This document shows positions 1-14,946 of a DNA stretch of 64,000 nucleotides, in pieces (within the stretch, counting starts at the first letter, position 1; the number at the start of each line of letters is the position of its first letter). Location of the stretch: assembly GCF_009914755.1 (NCBI RefSeq), contig NC_060945.1; one strand, 5' to 3'. Source of the DNA: the human T2T-CHM13v2.0 reference genome, Homo sapiens. Below the pieces are notes generated by a model. The model had not been told where the DNA came from. It did no database searches and was given only the letters and a program-made list of their open reading frames with translations. Made by a program: the position numbers and the translations under genes.

Positions 1-223
<223 letters not shown>

Positions 224-945
224 TAAATAATATCTGCATTCCATATACATAATCACCATCACCAGTGAGGCAACTCCAATCAGATAAACAGTAATGTATA
301 CCTTTCTCTACTCCTCCAATTAAAAAAAAAAAAACCTTCAATATAGTGATATTGAATATTGGCCTCATCGAGGTCTTGGTAGCACTCTGTAGATCAACAT
401 GCCAAAGAGAAAACAAACTTCCACTCAACACAAAGCCAGAATGTGTATCAATAGCACGGGGCTGGGGAGGAGAAGGGTATCAGGAGGGAGAAAAGCATTA
501 TAGCAGCTTCCCGGTTCACAAGTTGAATTTGTCTACACATAAGACCAGATGACAGAGCTTCTGATAAAGTCCAGCTGACCAAAGAAATCATTTCAAGTGA
601 GGCCATCAGCGTCAAGTCATCATGTGATGTTGTACTGAGTCAGTCCACATCACCAGCCATTTGGGGATCTACAGTGTCTCAGTATCCTGTGGACAGAGAA
701 GCTCAAGCGCACCCTGATGGTTTTTTTCACTCTACCTTGAGGCCCCAACCTCTGATCAGTCATGCACCTCTAACAAAGATGGGCCAGGCCTCCCCTCGGT
801 CAGCAGAAATGGATTCTTTCCACCTCACCACAAAATACTTCACGTTATTCTAGAAACACCTGGCAGATGAGAAGCTAGGAGTCACAGGATCCGTCCCTCT
901 GTTTGTGTGGGTGGTCAGTTTCAACTCCTTAAAAGCCATCCTTCT

Positions 946-1257
<312 letters not shown>

Positions 1258-1947
1258 TCCTTCTTTTGGCCTGCCTGAAACAGCCTGAGTCTACCTGCTA
1301 TCAATTAGGATAGAAATTGAAACCTGCTACCCGGTGTGAAAAGTTCTCTCCTTCTCAAAAGTAAGGGCTAAATATATGCCTTTATTTGTGGCTCCTCTGT
1401 GGGCAGAGCCAGGATGGTTCCTGCACGGTCTCACCCCCTCCTCCTCTCGCCATTACATCTGAGCCACCACTGCCCTCTCCAGCCCCTGCCCCACCTGGCC
1501 AGGTCCCTTCCCGAGCAGCTATCACCTTGAAGTGGTGTTTATCCGCCCAAAGGAGAATGTGAACGTTGGCATTTTCTTCCAGGGGAAACACGGAGAGTTG
1601 CTTCTGCCTTGTTTGGATGCTACTAATATTTGGGAAAACCACTCTCTGCTGCCTGACTTGACCGAGCCGCAGTACCCAGGTCAGCTCGGCGGTCCTCTTG
1701 CGCCATCTAGTGTACGAAAGGTGGAAGTGGCTCAAGCACGTTGCAAAGTCCCACAGGGATTCCAAGATCCACCTGGTACTTACCAAGCATCAGCCCAAAC
1801 ACTCTGGACACGGAGAGGTGTGGCGCCTTTTAAAGGAGACACGTGGAATTAAATTTGCTAATCACTTCTCGTGGACTGGGCGGGCACTCCAACTGTATTT
1901 ACTGAGCCAAATGATAAAGAGTTGATCTCTGGATTCATCTGTACTCA

Positions 1948-2340
<393 letters not shown>

Positions 2341-3566
2341 TCAGCTTGCCTCCCACACCTCTGAAAACCAGAAAGTTCCAGCTGGGAAAAGGTAAGGCAG
2401 CTTGCTCCCATATCCCAGAGGTTCAGAAAGGGAACTTTGGTGAACATCAGTCATGTGGGAGCTTTAAATCTCCACTGCCCCGGCACACCTCAGGCCAACT
2501 AGTTCAGACCCCTGCAGTGGGAACCCGGCCTCAGAATTTTTTAAAGCTCCGCATGTGATTCCAGTGAACAGCAAAGCCGCCAACCACTGCTACAGCCTTT
2601 ACCATCAGAGGCTTGGAAGGCAAAGACGTCCAGTGACACAGGTCTCAGACATGGCACGAGAAGCACAGGTCTACGCTGCCTGTCCCAAACACAGTCGCCT
2701 TAGACCCAACCTGCTTCCTCTGTGACATCCCAAACTCTCTCTTATCTGTCAACAGTTTAGTCTCCCTTTGTGATTATCACAGTAAAAACTGGAATTGTTG
2801 ACTGTCCCAAGCATTACTGAGTGGGGTCTTTGCCGTTCTGGTCTTGGCCCTATCTTCTGAATCTGGGCATTAGGAAGAGATTTCAGGGTTCTGAGCAGTT
2901 TCTATGGCACCGAGACAATGCTTTCAACTGCAACAGGAGAGCCTCTCCCCTGAGACGAATTCCACGGAAACGAGAAAAGGCCTGCTTTGGGCTCACTCAC
3001 CCCTTCTCAGCCCTCTAATAACAGCTATGCCCTGTATGAGATATGAGCTGTCAGTGTGATGAGAAGCGGGCTGTAAAACTGAAATGGGACCATTTGAGGC
3101 GAGGCTGCAGCGAGAGAGACTGGCTCACTCTGCCCTGCAGCAGGGCCAGGGAGTGGAGTTGCCTGGTTCCTCCAGAACAGCCTGCAAGGTGAAGTAGTCA
3201 CTCGGCCTTTCACAAAGCAAAACCAGACAACATAAACTGCTTGAAGGTGGCGGGTCCCCTCCCTTACCCTAGACTGCCTAACTTAGGAGGCAGAAACAGG
3301 TATCACTCACACATCAGAGGCAGGAACTCAGACACCAGACACTGCTGGCTTCTAATCCCTGCCACGTGATGTGGGAGAAGTCAGTTGACCCGTCTATGCC
3401 TCAGTGTCTTCAACTCTAACAAAAGATGGAATACCTGCCTCATAGAGCTATTGTGACAATTAGATGAGAAAGAGGGATATCCCACCGGGTACCAGGAGGA
3501 CACAGTGGCTCTAAGTCCCACTCCACCTTTTTTTTTTTTTTTTTTTTTTACAGTCAGGGTCTCACT

Positions 3567-4030
3567 TGTCGCAGGTGGGCGACAACCATTTGAGCCAGTG
3601 GCATGCAGGGGTAAAAGAATTTACCAAGACAGCTGTAGGTAAAGAAAGGCAGATTTACGCGAGGAAGAATGAAAACACGTTGTTAGGAGGCAACGGGCAG
3701 ATCAGCGGAGGAGGAGCTGACTGCCAGAGACAAAGGCTCCTGGAGATTTTATAGGATGGTTTCGGCTACATAGGGCTGCGCACAATACTGATAACGCCAG
3801 GGCTGCAAGGAGCTAACGTGCATTTTTCTATCAGCCAAGGTGTCTGATGATAAACGGAAGTGTTTGATGTTAAGTTGGGTGCAGGAGGATTGTGGGTAAT
3901 GTACGTTATCTGCACTGGAGGGCTATGTGTCCTGGACCATGAAGAAAGGTAGGCCGGTAACTTATCTGCTTTATCTTTAACTCCCTCAGTCCCGCCAGCC
4001 TGACTCCTTTGCCCTAAATAGGACTCCACA
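3567..4030 (-). mobile_element. ERV solo LTR (LTR15-like) inserted in an old Alu
   Basis: TG...CA termini; minus-strand start TGTGGAGTCCTA.TTAGGG.AAAGGAGTCAGGCTGGCGGGAC; Alu sequence resumes on both sides. Confidence 0.7.
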
Positions 4031-4344
4031 GATTTGTCATCCAGGCTGGAGTGCAGCTGTGTGATCACAGCTCACTGCAGCTTCGAACTCCTGGACTCAT
4101 GCCATCCTCCTGCCTCAGCCTCCAGAGTAGCTAGGACTACAGGCATGCAGCACCACACCCAGCTATTTTTTTATTATTTTTTGTAGAGACGCGGGGCAGG
4201 GGGTCTCACTATGTTGCCCAGGCTGGTCTCAAACTTCTGGCCTCAAGTGATCCTCCCACCTCGGATAGTAACAGCACCTGCTACTATCTACCTTGTGGAG
4301 TGGTAGCCTTACATTTTTATTAAATACATTCTATTTTGGGGAGT

Positions 4345-4638
4345 TTTTTGTTTTTTTGAGATGGAGTCTCACTCTGTTGCCTGCGCTGAAGCGCAGTGGC
4401 ATGATACCAGCTCACTGCAACCTCCACCTCCTGGGTTCAAGTGATTCTCCTGCCTAAGTCTCCGGAGTAGCTGAGATTACAGGTGCCCGCCACCACACCC
4501 AGCTTATTTTTTGTATTTTTAGTAGAGACAGGGTTTCACCATGTTGGCCAGGATGGTCTCGATCTCCTGACCTCGTGATCTACCCGCCTCGGCCTCCCAA
4601 AGTGCTGGGATTACAGGCGTGAGCCACCGTGCCTGGCC
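4345..4638 (-). mobile_element. AluS
   Basis: Alu consensus. Confidence 0.9.
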
Positions 4639-4842
4639 CAGGTGTTTTTTTTTTTTTTTAATTTTCTTATAGCCTAATGTTAAAACTACATAGAATAAAA
4701 GGATATTAAAACAAGAAAATAGTGAAAGGTTACAACAGGAAGATGAGAAACACCCTCTGAAAGGTGAGAGGGATGAGCACGGGAGAGAAATGTCTGCTGG
4801 TGGGGGCAGGTGCTGGCGTGCTGTCAGTGGAACTCTAGCATG

Positions 4843-6150
4843 TCTGGGGGACACTGGCATGTGTTGTGTGGGGGACACTGGCGTGTTGTGCAGGGGACAC
4901 TGGCATGTCGTGTGGGGGACACTGGCGTGTTCTGTGGGGGCAATGGTGTGTTGTGTGGGGACACTGGCGTGTCGTGTGGGGGACACTGGTGTGTACACGG
5001 GACACTGGCGTGTCGTGCGGGGGGACACTGGCATTTTCTGTGGGGGCAATGGCATGTTGTGTGGGGGACACTGGCGTGTTGTGTGGGGGCAATGGCGTGT
5101 CGTGTGGGGACACTGGCGTGTCGTGCGGGGGACACTGGTGTGTACACGGGACACTGGCGTGTCGTGCGGGGGGACACTGGCATGTTCTGTGGGGGCAATG
5201 GCATGTTGTGTGGGGGACACTGGCGTGTTGTGTGGGGGACACTGGCATGTCGTGTGGGGGACACTGGCGTGTTCTGTGGGGGCAATGGCGTGTTGTGTGG
5301 GGACACTGACGTGTTGTGTGGGGGACACTGGCGTGTGCACGGGACACTGGCATGTCATGTGGGGGACACTGGTGTGTTGTGCGGGGGACACTGGCATGTT
5401 CTGTGGGGGCAATGGCGTGTTGTGTGGGGGACACTGGTGTGTTGTGTGAGGACACTGGTGTGTTGTGTGAGGGGCACTGATACGTGTGGTGAGTCGCTGT
5501 CCTACTGTGGGGGGAATCTGATGTGTGTGGGGAGCACTGATGTGTGTGGGGGTCACTGTCCTACTGTGGGGGTCGCTGTCCTATTGTGGGGGCTGCTGAT
5601 GTGTGGGGGGGTTGCTGTCCTACTGTGGGGGGCACTGATATGTGTGGGGACCACTGTCCTACTGTGGGGGCTGCTGTGTGTGGGGGTCGCTGTCCTATTG
5701 TGGGGGCTGCTGTGTGTGGGGGTCGCTGTTCTATTGTGGGGGCTGCTGTGTGTGGGGGTCGCTGTTCTATTGTGGGGGCCGCTGATGTGTGTGGGGGTCG
5801 CTGTTCTATTGTGGGGGCCGCTGATGTGTGTGGGGGTCGCTGTCCTATTGTGGGGGCCGCTGATGTGTGTGGGGGTTGCTGTCCTGTTGTGAGGGCCGCT
5901 GATGTGTGGGGGTCGCTGTCCTGTTGTGGGGCGCTAATATGTGGGGGTCGCTGTCCTGTTGTGGGGCGCTGATGTGAGGAGTCGCTGTCCTGTTGTGGGG
6001 CGCTGATGTGTGTGGGGGTCGCTGATCTATTGTGGGGGCTGATGTGTGTGGGGGTTGCTGTCCTATTGTAGGGGCCGCTGATGTGTGGGGGTCACGTCCT
6101 GTTGTGGGGCACTGATGTGTGGGGGTCGCTGTCCTGTTGTGGGGGCTGAT
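4843..6150. repeat. Compound G/T-rich minisatellite (about 22-bp units, then about 37-39-bp units)
   Basis: Units GGGGACACTGGCGTGTTGTGTG (4843-5470) and GGGGGTCGCTGTCCTATTGTGGGGGCYGCTGATGTGTGT (about 5490-6150). Confidence 0.95.
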
Positions 6151-7229
6151 GCATGGATACATTGGCCGGGCTGGAGAAAGATGCACTGTCCCTGCGCCTT
6201 CCTTCCTCCGTTTTGTTCCTTTTAGTTCCCACAGGACTTTCTGTACTGTGGGAGAAAGCTCTTTTACAAGGGATCCCACAGGTGGCATTCCTGACAAGGC
6301 TGTTCAAATATCAGCCCACAAGTCATGGGTTCTGTTACACGTTCCCCCTCGGGACAAAACCTGCCGCCCAGCATTTACCTATAGTACGGAAGGCAGCAGC
6401 TGACCACCGAGGAGGAGCCAGAATCGCCTCTGCTGGACCCCATGGGCCCTCAAGGGGCACGGCCAGGAGTTTCGGTGAGAAAGTCATTTTCACACAATTA
6501 CAGACCTATTTCCTCAAACATCACTGCCAGCCTCCACAGAGGAGGGCCTCCCTCCTTGAGGAACACCCTCCACAGAGGAGGGCCTATTCTATCCTTAGCT
6601 GGAAAGATGATCGAGGAATGCCTCCAATCGCCCTTAACTTCTTGCTGTCTGTCCCCTCGGGCCAAGTCAGCAGTTGGAGGTTTACCACCCAAACTCAGAA
6701 CTAGACACCAACAGGGGTGCGAGTCTTTAGGAGCCTCAGGCCCACCCAAAGCACCAGCAAAGAGAAAACCAAGAAAGAAAGATGGCTAGGGGGAGTCCGG
6801 GGAGGGCGGTGGTGATTAGACAATAAGGAAGAAAATAGCGCCGTCGGTTAAACAGCACTGCACGCTGCCTCACCCTAGATGGGGACAGATGGGTTTGCTG
6901 CCCTAAGAATGACTTGACGAGAACAGCCTGCCACCAGCGTCTTTTGAGTCCAAAACAAAAGAGCAGCCGAAAGGAAGCGTATGGACTGTGAGCGGTGGTT
7001 TCACCCTGTGGCCAGACTGCCCAACAAGGGGCCACAGGTTTCTTGCAAGGGGTCCGTGACTTCACATAACTAGCATTGTCTACAGTCTCATACTATTCTT
7101 CGAATAAATGCAGATCTGCTGTGCTGATGGAGTATTACTCAGCTGTAAATAAATGCAGATCTGCTGTGCTGATGAACTATTAGTTGTACATGTTTCTGGG
7201 CAGCTGCTTTTTGTCACTGTGTATTTTTT

Positions 7230-7547
7230 AATTTTGCTTTATTATTTTTAGAGACAGGGTCTCACTCAGTTAGTTGTCGCCCAGGCTGCAGTACAGTAGC
7301 ACGATCCTGGCTCACTGCAACCTCAAACTCCTGGGCTCAAGCCATCCTCTGGCCTCACCCTTCCGAGTGGCTGCAGCTACAGGCACGGACCACCCTGCCC
7401 AGCTCATTTTTTAAATTGTTTTGTAGGAACGGGATTGTGGGGCGGGGGGACGCATTACATCACCCAAGCTGTTCAGAACTCCTGGGCTCAAGAGATCCTC
7501 CACCTCAGCCTCCCCTGAAGTGATCACAGGTGTGAGCACCACGCCCA
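7230..7547 (-). mobile_element. AluJ-type
   Basis: Diverged Alu with J-type GGCTCAAG.GATCCTC. Confidence 0.85.
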
Positions 7548-7614
7548 CCCACTGCGCAGTTTTTCTAATCACTGGACAAGGAAAGCACAATGACCATGTA
7601 GGGTCTGCGAAGTT

Positions 7615-7620
7615 TTTAAT
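7615..7620 (-). terminator. SETD4: SETD4 distal poly(A) signal ATTAAA (further AATAAA at 8022-8027 and 8855-8860)
   Basis: Hexamers read on the minus strand downstream of the stop codon; usage is inferred. Confidence 0.55.
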
Positions 7621-9174
7621 GTTCAAGGGGCTGTCCGTTTTGAAAGGTGAAAAGGAATTAACATATTTAGGTCCACTCATAGGGAAGAGGAAAAAGAAAT
7701 TCTGGCATAGCACAGGGGTCAGGAAACTATGGCCCACCACCTGTCGTTGTCAGTAGTTTCCCTGGAGCCCAGCCATGCAAATGGTTGACATGCTGCCGAT
7801 GGCCGCTCTGCAGAATCGCTGGGACTAAGACCACAGGTCCAGAAAGCTTCAAATGGTTACTATCGGGCCCTCCACAGAAGTCTGCCCACTCTCCATACAG
7901 CATATGATGAAATACACTGCATTATACTGAATATTGAAAAAAAATATACTGCAGCTACTGAAAAATAAACACAAAGTGTATATACAAACAGGGAAAGATG
8001 TTCAAGAAATCATGAGAAAGTTTTATTTTAAACTCTGCCTGCCTCCTGAGGCCAGCAGGTCCCGTTCATTTGGTTTCACTAGGCTCCAATGAGAAAGGAA
8101 TTTGAGTTCTTGGGAAGAATGAACCCTGGGAGGGTAAACAGGACTCTGGGCAACATTGTCTAAGCGGCGTCCCCAGCACGGGCCTGAACAGGACCAGCAG
8201 CCCCTCCGTTACTTACGCAGGCAGTTCCAAGGCCACAGGCCGCTGAGAGCTGTGCAGGAAGCTCTCCCCACCCAAGGTCTGCGTGGTATCAAAACTCAAG
8301 AATAAGAACAGAAGCCAAACCACCACCATGGTTCGCCATCAGCTGACCTACACTGAACCCCAGAATCAAGCAGACAGGCCCACCACGGCCCAGCTGTGCA
8401 GGATGAGCCAGCTCCCCAGGTGGAAAGGCCTGCCCAGGAAAGTCGCCAGAACAAAGCAGAAAGAGCCGCTGGCTGAGCTAGTCATTCTTCCCAAGTGAAT
8501 AATTAGACAAGCGCCACCTTGAGAGGCCAGGAGCATGCTTAGAGGACATTCCCTCCTCCTGGAAGCTGTGTGTCCCCTAGGGGGCTCTTCAACACCCACC
8601 TCAGTGCAGCCACACAGGGAAGGGCTGGCGTCTGGGCCACCCTGGCGGGGATCCAGGACTACCTCACACTGCCCCACACCCACCGCCAATCTGCCCCTTA
8701 ACCCAATGGTATCAGAGCATCTTAAAAGCACAACCACTAGACTCTGATAGCTGCTGTGTCAGATAAGAAGCAGGCCCCGTGGTGACAGACCACACACGGA
8801 CGCAGCTGGCTCCTGGCTGCCTCACAGTCCGCCTCTCTCCTCACAGTTCAGCACTTTATTCGGAAGAGCATTAGACCTGCCATCCAGACAGCTTGTCCAC
8901 CTTCACTCACAGCCTCACAATCCCAGAACCTGTGCTGCCCCCTGCAGAAATCCTGCATGTCCTGGGGGCAGCCACCACCCCAGCCCATGATGATGCTCTT
9001 CAAAATTAACTTTTGTTTCTGTAGGAAAAGCAAAAGGAAAAGGATTAAGTTCCTAATTGTTGAGTAGACACAACTCATCGACTCTAAACTATATAAATTT
9101 AGTCCATCAAACCTTAGTCTAAAATGTGTGACTAACACCCACCAGAGGAGGTGACCAAATGCGCTTCGGTGAAA

Positions 9175-9309
9175 TCAGGTAAAAGCTGTTTGCAAACTGT
9201 GCAGGGTCTCGGCAGATGCCCTGAGAATCTTTAGCTCTTCCGTCCACAAGGATTCCACCAAAGTTAGTTGGTTTATCAGGGCCTCTTTTTCATCCTTCAT
9301 ATGAGACAC
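9175..9309 (-). CDS. SETD4: SETD4 last coding exon (VSHMKDEKE...LQTAFT*)
   Basis: 135 nt; TTTCAG acceptor; TGA at 9177-9175; exon lengths total 1323 nt. Confidence 0.95.
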   Translation of the reverse strand: MSHMKDEKEALINQLTLVESLWTEELKILRASAETLHSLQTAFT

Positions 9310-9329
9310 CTGAAAGTTATTTTTTAATT

Positions 9330-9670
9330 ATTGTTATTGTAGTAAAACATATATATATATTTCACAGAACGTACGTACCTTTTTAACCAATTTTAAGTGT
9401 ATGGTTCAGCAGCATGAAGTACATTCACATTGTTTAGATCCACTGCCACTCTCCAGCTCCAGAACTTTTTCTATCACCCAAACAGAAACTCTACAAGCAT
9501 ACATCAATAACCCTATTCCCCTCTTCCCCAAACCCCCCGTCACCTCTACTCCACTCTCTGTCTCTACGAACTCACCTGTTCCAGGAACCTCACAGAAGTG
9601 GATCATACAGCATTTGTCCTTTTGTGTCTGGCTTATTTCATTTCCAATAATGTCTTCAAGCTTCATTAAA
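9330..9670 (-). mobile_element. Old L1 (L1M) 3' fragment
   Basis: ACATTCACATTGT...CCAGAACTTTTT...ATCATACAGCATTTGTCCTTTTGTGTCTGGCTTATTTCA. Confidence 0.7.
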
Positions 9671-9814
9671 ATCACTCTTTAAATCCCAGGCATGTTTTCA
9701 TACGAATAAGCTGATTTCTCATTTAACTAAAACATTTACTAAATAAACACATCAATGAGAAAGAATGCTTGAAGTCACACAGTAACTTTTACTTTTTGCC
9801 TTTTAATAAAAAGT

Positions 9815-11090
<1,276 letters not shown>

Positions 11091-11207
11091 TTATTTAAGG
11101 CACTAAACAATGCTCTTATGAAATGCACTATCCCTAATAACATGTACAAAACAAGGAACTGCTGAATCAAGACACTTCTTTAAGGATGTCATATTCTAGA
11201 AACATAC

Positions 11208-11331
11208 CTTTTGAAGCACAGCATTAGTCTCTTCTATGAAATAATAGCATATTTTCTGGGCTATGTCCAAACTTGTCTTCTCATTCGTATCTGAAATTAC
11301 CTCCCCAAGAAGTACTTTTTTCCAGCATGTA
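11208..11331 (-). CDS. SETD4: SETD4 coding exon 9 (TCWKKVLLGE...AVLQK)
   Basis: 124 nt; TTCTAG acceptor, AAG|GTATGT donor. Confidence 0.95.
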
Positions 11332-13632
11332 CTAGAACCAAAATGTTCCATGACACAATTTTAGCAGGCTCTCAAAAAACAGATTTTTTTGTTTCAGTGC
11401 AACACATAAACTCCTTCTCCTATTTCTCCAGGAGCATAATACAACTCATTCCATAAGCAGATTCCCCAAACCTCCATGCCACTTGCAGCTCCCATGTGGA
11501 AGCCGACCAGGTAATGAGAGAGGAGGAGGAGGAGCTGAGAATAAAAGCACGGGGGGTGGGTACTCTCTGCAGGCAAGGGCTGAATGTTATTATCATCACA
11601 AACCTGTGTCTGACCCATGAGTGAATGAAGTCCCGTTCCCGGCCATGGGAACGAAGCCAGTGACAGAACAGGAGGGCGAGTCCACAGCCGAAAGGCAGAG
11701 GACTAAGGAGCAAAGGCAGAAGTTTTCCTTCAAGTGACCGTCTGTCCAAAATAGTAGCAAACTGGGCACAATTCACAAAGCCAAATGCTCCATGTCTGGA
11801 AGGAGGAATCTACAGCAAGCCTCTATCCCCATGCAGGTCATTCCAGTGCTCTACTACAAAGGTTCGCAGGAAACGGGGCTCAGTCAGCAGGCAGGGCCCA
11901 CTCTGGAAGGTCTGCTGTGGCAGGTGCAAGGGAGCCACAGCAGGATGCGGAGCAGAGGTGGCAGCGCCAGACCTAGACACTAGAAAGAAGAACTACCGGG
12001 AGAAAGACGACGGAGGACCGGATTCTGAACACCGAGAATCTGGAAGTGGAAGTGGCTTCGAAGGGGAGGAAAGATGGCTGCTGTGGAAGTAAACAGGAGC
12101 CCATTAGATTCAGAACAGCTGGCAAGACACAGCCCGGAATAGTCTCAGAAGGCTTCAGTTTCAGAGATGACAGGTGAAATGAGTTCTCAGTAAAGAAAAA
12201 GGAAATGACTGTGTGTCAGGCATGGTGTTCATGAATAACCATTACCTAATTTAATCTTCACAGTTACCTAGCAAAGAAAGCACGATAATCCGCATGCTAG
12301 ACTCAAAGAAACACTCAGCAAAGTTGAAGCACTCACCCTGAGTGACAGAGCTAGTGAGGCAGAAAGAACTGAAACGCCCCAGCCAGAGCCCCACACGTGC
12401 TTTCTCCACACCCACTCAGTAAGCGGTAACTCAAATGCAAGAAAAGAGGCCTAAGGAAGACCTCTGGGAAACAGCCAGTTGTTGTATTTAATTTTAGGCT
12501 GAAGTGTCCGAAAAGGACTCATACCTTGTTGCCAGAAGGATTTAAAGAAGCTAACATAAGTACACACAAAATAAAAGGTAAGATGAATGAAGGCAGAAAA
12601 CAAGACAAAGGAAGACAAAAGGAGAAAAGACAAGACACTGCAGGAATGGGCCAGTGCGAAACCGCATGTCCCAACACTAGGTACGTTTGCATGCACCTCA
12701 GATTTGCCTCTCAGTTTTCCAGTGAACAAGGAAAAGAAGGAAACATCGGTTAAAGAATTCATAGTATCTGTAAGATAAAAACACTCCATTTGCTAAGAAT
12801 AAAAACAAAAACTATGTCTAGTGTTGAGACCAGAGAGAAATTTTACTCCAAAAGTTCCTAGAGAAAAAGAAGGAAGCAACATCATCTCATCCAAAAGAAG
12901 AACAGGCGTCACTGAAGGGGCACCGACTGCTCCCAGGCACTGTGCCTCATCTCAGTCAGTCCTCCCAACTGTTCAAGGACAGCCTGCACCATCTTCAAGA
13001 GGTTCTCCCTGGATATCTAGCAGCAGAAGGTTGAAGGCTGCTCTCCCTGCCAGGGACTCAGGCTGAAGCTGCCCCTACACTGGGTACAGCACAGCTGGAT
13101 GTGTCGACAGGGGGCTGCAGGGAGCAGGACTGACAGCAGGCAGGAACATGAGGGAGCCTGGCCAGGATGCACACCCACACCGGGGGCTCCCCGACCTGCC
13201 TCCCCCATGGAAAAGTCCAGCTCTTCAGCCAGGTTTCTGGATCTCCCCCAGGGCAGGACCGACGTTAGGGACTCTAGCTCTACTTGTCCTGGGCAAAACC
13301 TACCTACTCAGAGACTTTCCTCTGAACAGTGCCAATGCCCACACTTTTTAAAGGATTTCAGGTCACCAGAAGGAAAATATGAGTAGAAACAAAAAGATTA
13401 TCAAAACTATGTATGCTGAGTCTAAAACCAGAATTCCAAAACGGTTAAAACTTAGAAATGAAACATTCGCTACATGGGCAAGTTACATAATGAGAAAGCA
13501 ACTCCAATGTATGACATCCCTTTTTCCTCCCTGGCTGGGTATCTGAATGCAAGCCAAAAACAAACAAACCAACCCTCCAAAGTTATATCTAGCCTGTTGC
13601 TACAGCTTAAGACCAACACATGTGAAACTTAC

Positions 13633-13713
13633 AATTTCTCAGCTTCCAGACATAACAACTTAAGGGCTGTGAGTAGCCTCCAAGATGGTCCATCCCATCC
13701 AAATGTCAAATTT
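13633..13713 (-). CDS. SETD4: SETD4 coding exon 8 (NLTFGWDGPSWRLL...AEKF)
   Basis: 81 nt; TTCAG acceptor, TT|GTAAGT donor. Confidence 0.95.
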
Positions 13714-13936
13714 CTGAAGTAGAAAAACAAATAATGACAAATCCATCATTTCAGTATTTCATGACCTCATAGCAAATGACTGAAGAGCCAAACACCTTTT
13801 TAAAGAGGTTGCTAAATGTCATGTAACCTGCAACCTCGGCCAAAGGACAAGAGAAAATCAGTCTGCAAATACTTAAGAAGAAAGCCTAAGTAACAGGAAA
13901 TTCTCTCCCCATTTTTTTTCTAAAGAGTAAACAGCT

Positions 13937-14252
<316 letters not shown>

Positions 14253-14864
14253 TTAACCATGGATGAGGGGCCGGAGGCAGGGCCCATGCACAGGAGTTCC
14301 CAGTAAGAGAAACGCTTAAGAACTGGAACTACCCTGGGCATCCCACTGATGGCAGCCACCACTGCCAGGCTGCTCTCACACCATGGCGGGATCATTTCAA
14401 ACTTCATTTCATCCAGAAAAGAAAATCTGAAAGGGAGAGCCTTGAACCCTGTTTAGCCACTTGGCATGGAATCACCTCGCTACCCACCTACCCCAAGAGC
14501 CTGCACCATGTTGCCAGGTGCGTGGGCTCTCCTGAGGCCCAGCCTGGCCTTTCCACATGACCACAAGGGAGACAGACTCACCCTGGGCCACCCATCAACA
14601 CATCCAAGCTCTCTTTTGGTACCATAATTTAATATTTCTAGCTTGTATCTTATGTCCCTAAAGAAGTTTCTTTCAAGTGTCTTATACTCCTTTTGTCCTC
14701 CACAACATCAAGCGCAGTTTTACTGCACATAGTAAGTGCTCAATACCTACCCGTCAGCTGATACAGGGTCAGGAGGGGTCTCACCCCCATGGAAAATTTA
14801 ACCCCAGGTTTTCCATGAAAATTTCCTAAAGGAATAATTTTAAGAGGGAAAGAGAAACACTTAC

Positions 14865-14946
14865 TCTATATAGCCATGATCCTTTAAAATAGAAATCTTT
14901 TTGTCCATCTGTTTATCTGTTGATGGAAGATATTTAACAAGTATTT
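14865..14946 (-). CDS. SETD4: SETD4 coding exon 7 (ILVKYLPSTDKQ...HGYIE)
   Basis: 82 nt; TAG acceptor, GA|GTAAGT donor. Confidence 0.95.

Noticed and set aside
1382-1925. Cluster of three overlapping ORFs in unique sequence
   Set aside because: No recognisable homology and no convincing splice context.
4519-6307. Long overlapping ORFs (up to 360 aa) on both strands
   Set aside because: Low-complexity translations of the minisatellite.
6531-6585. 19-bp direct repeat CCTCCACAGAGGAGGGCCT
   Set aside because: Isolated local duplication with no functional context.
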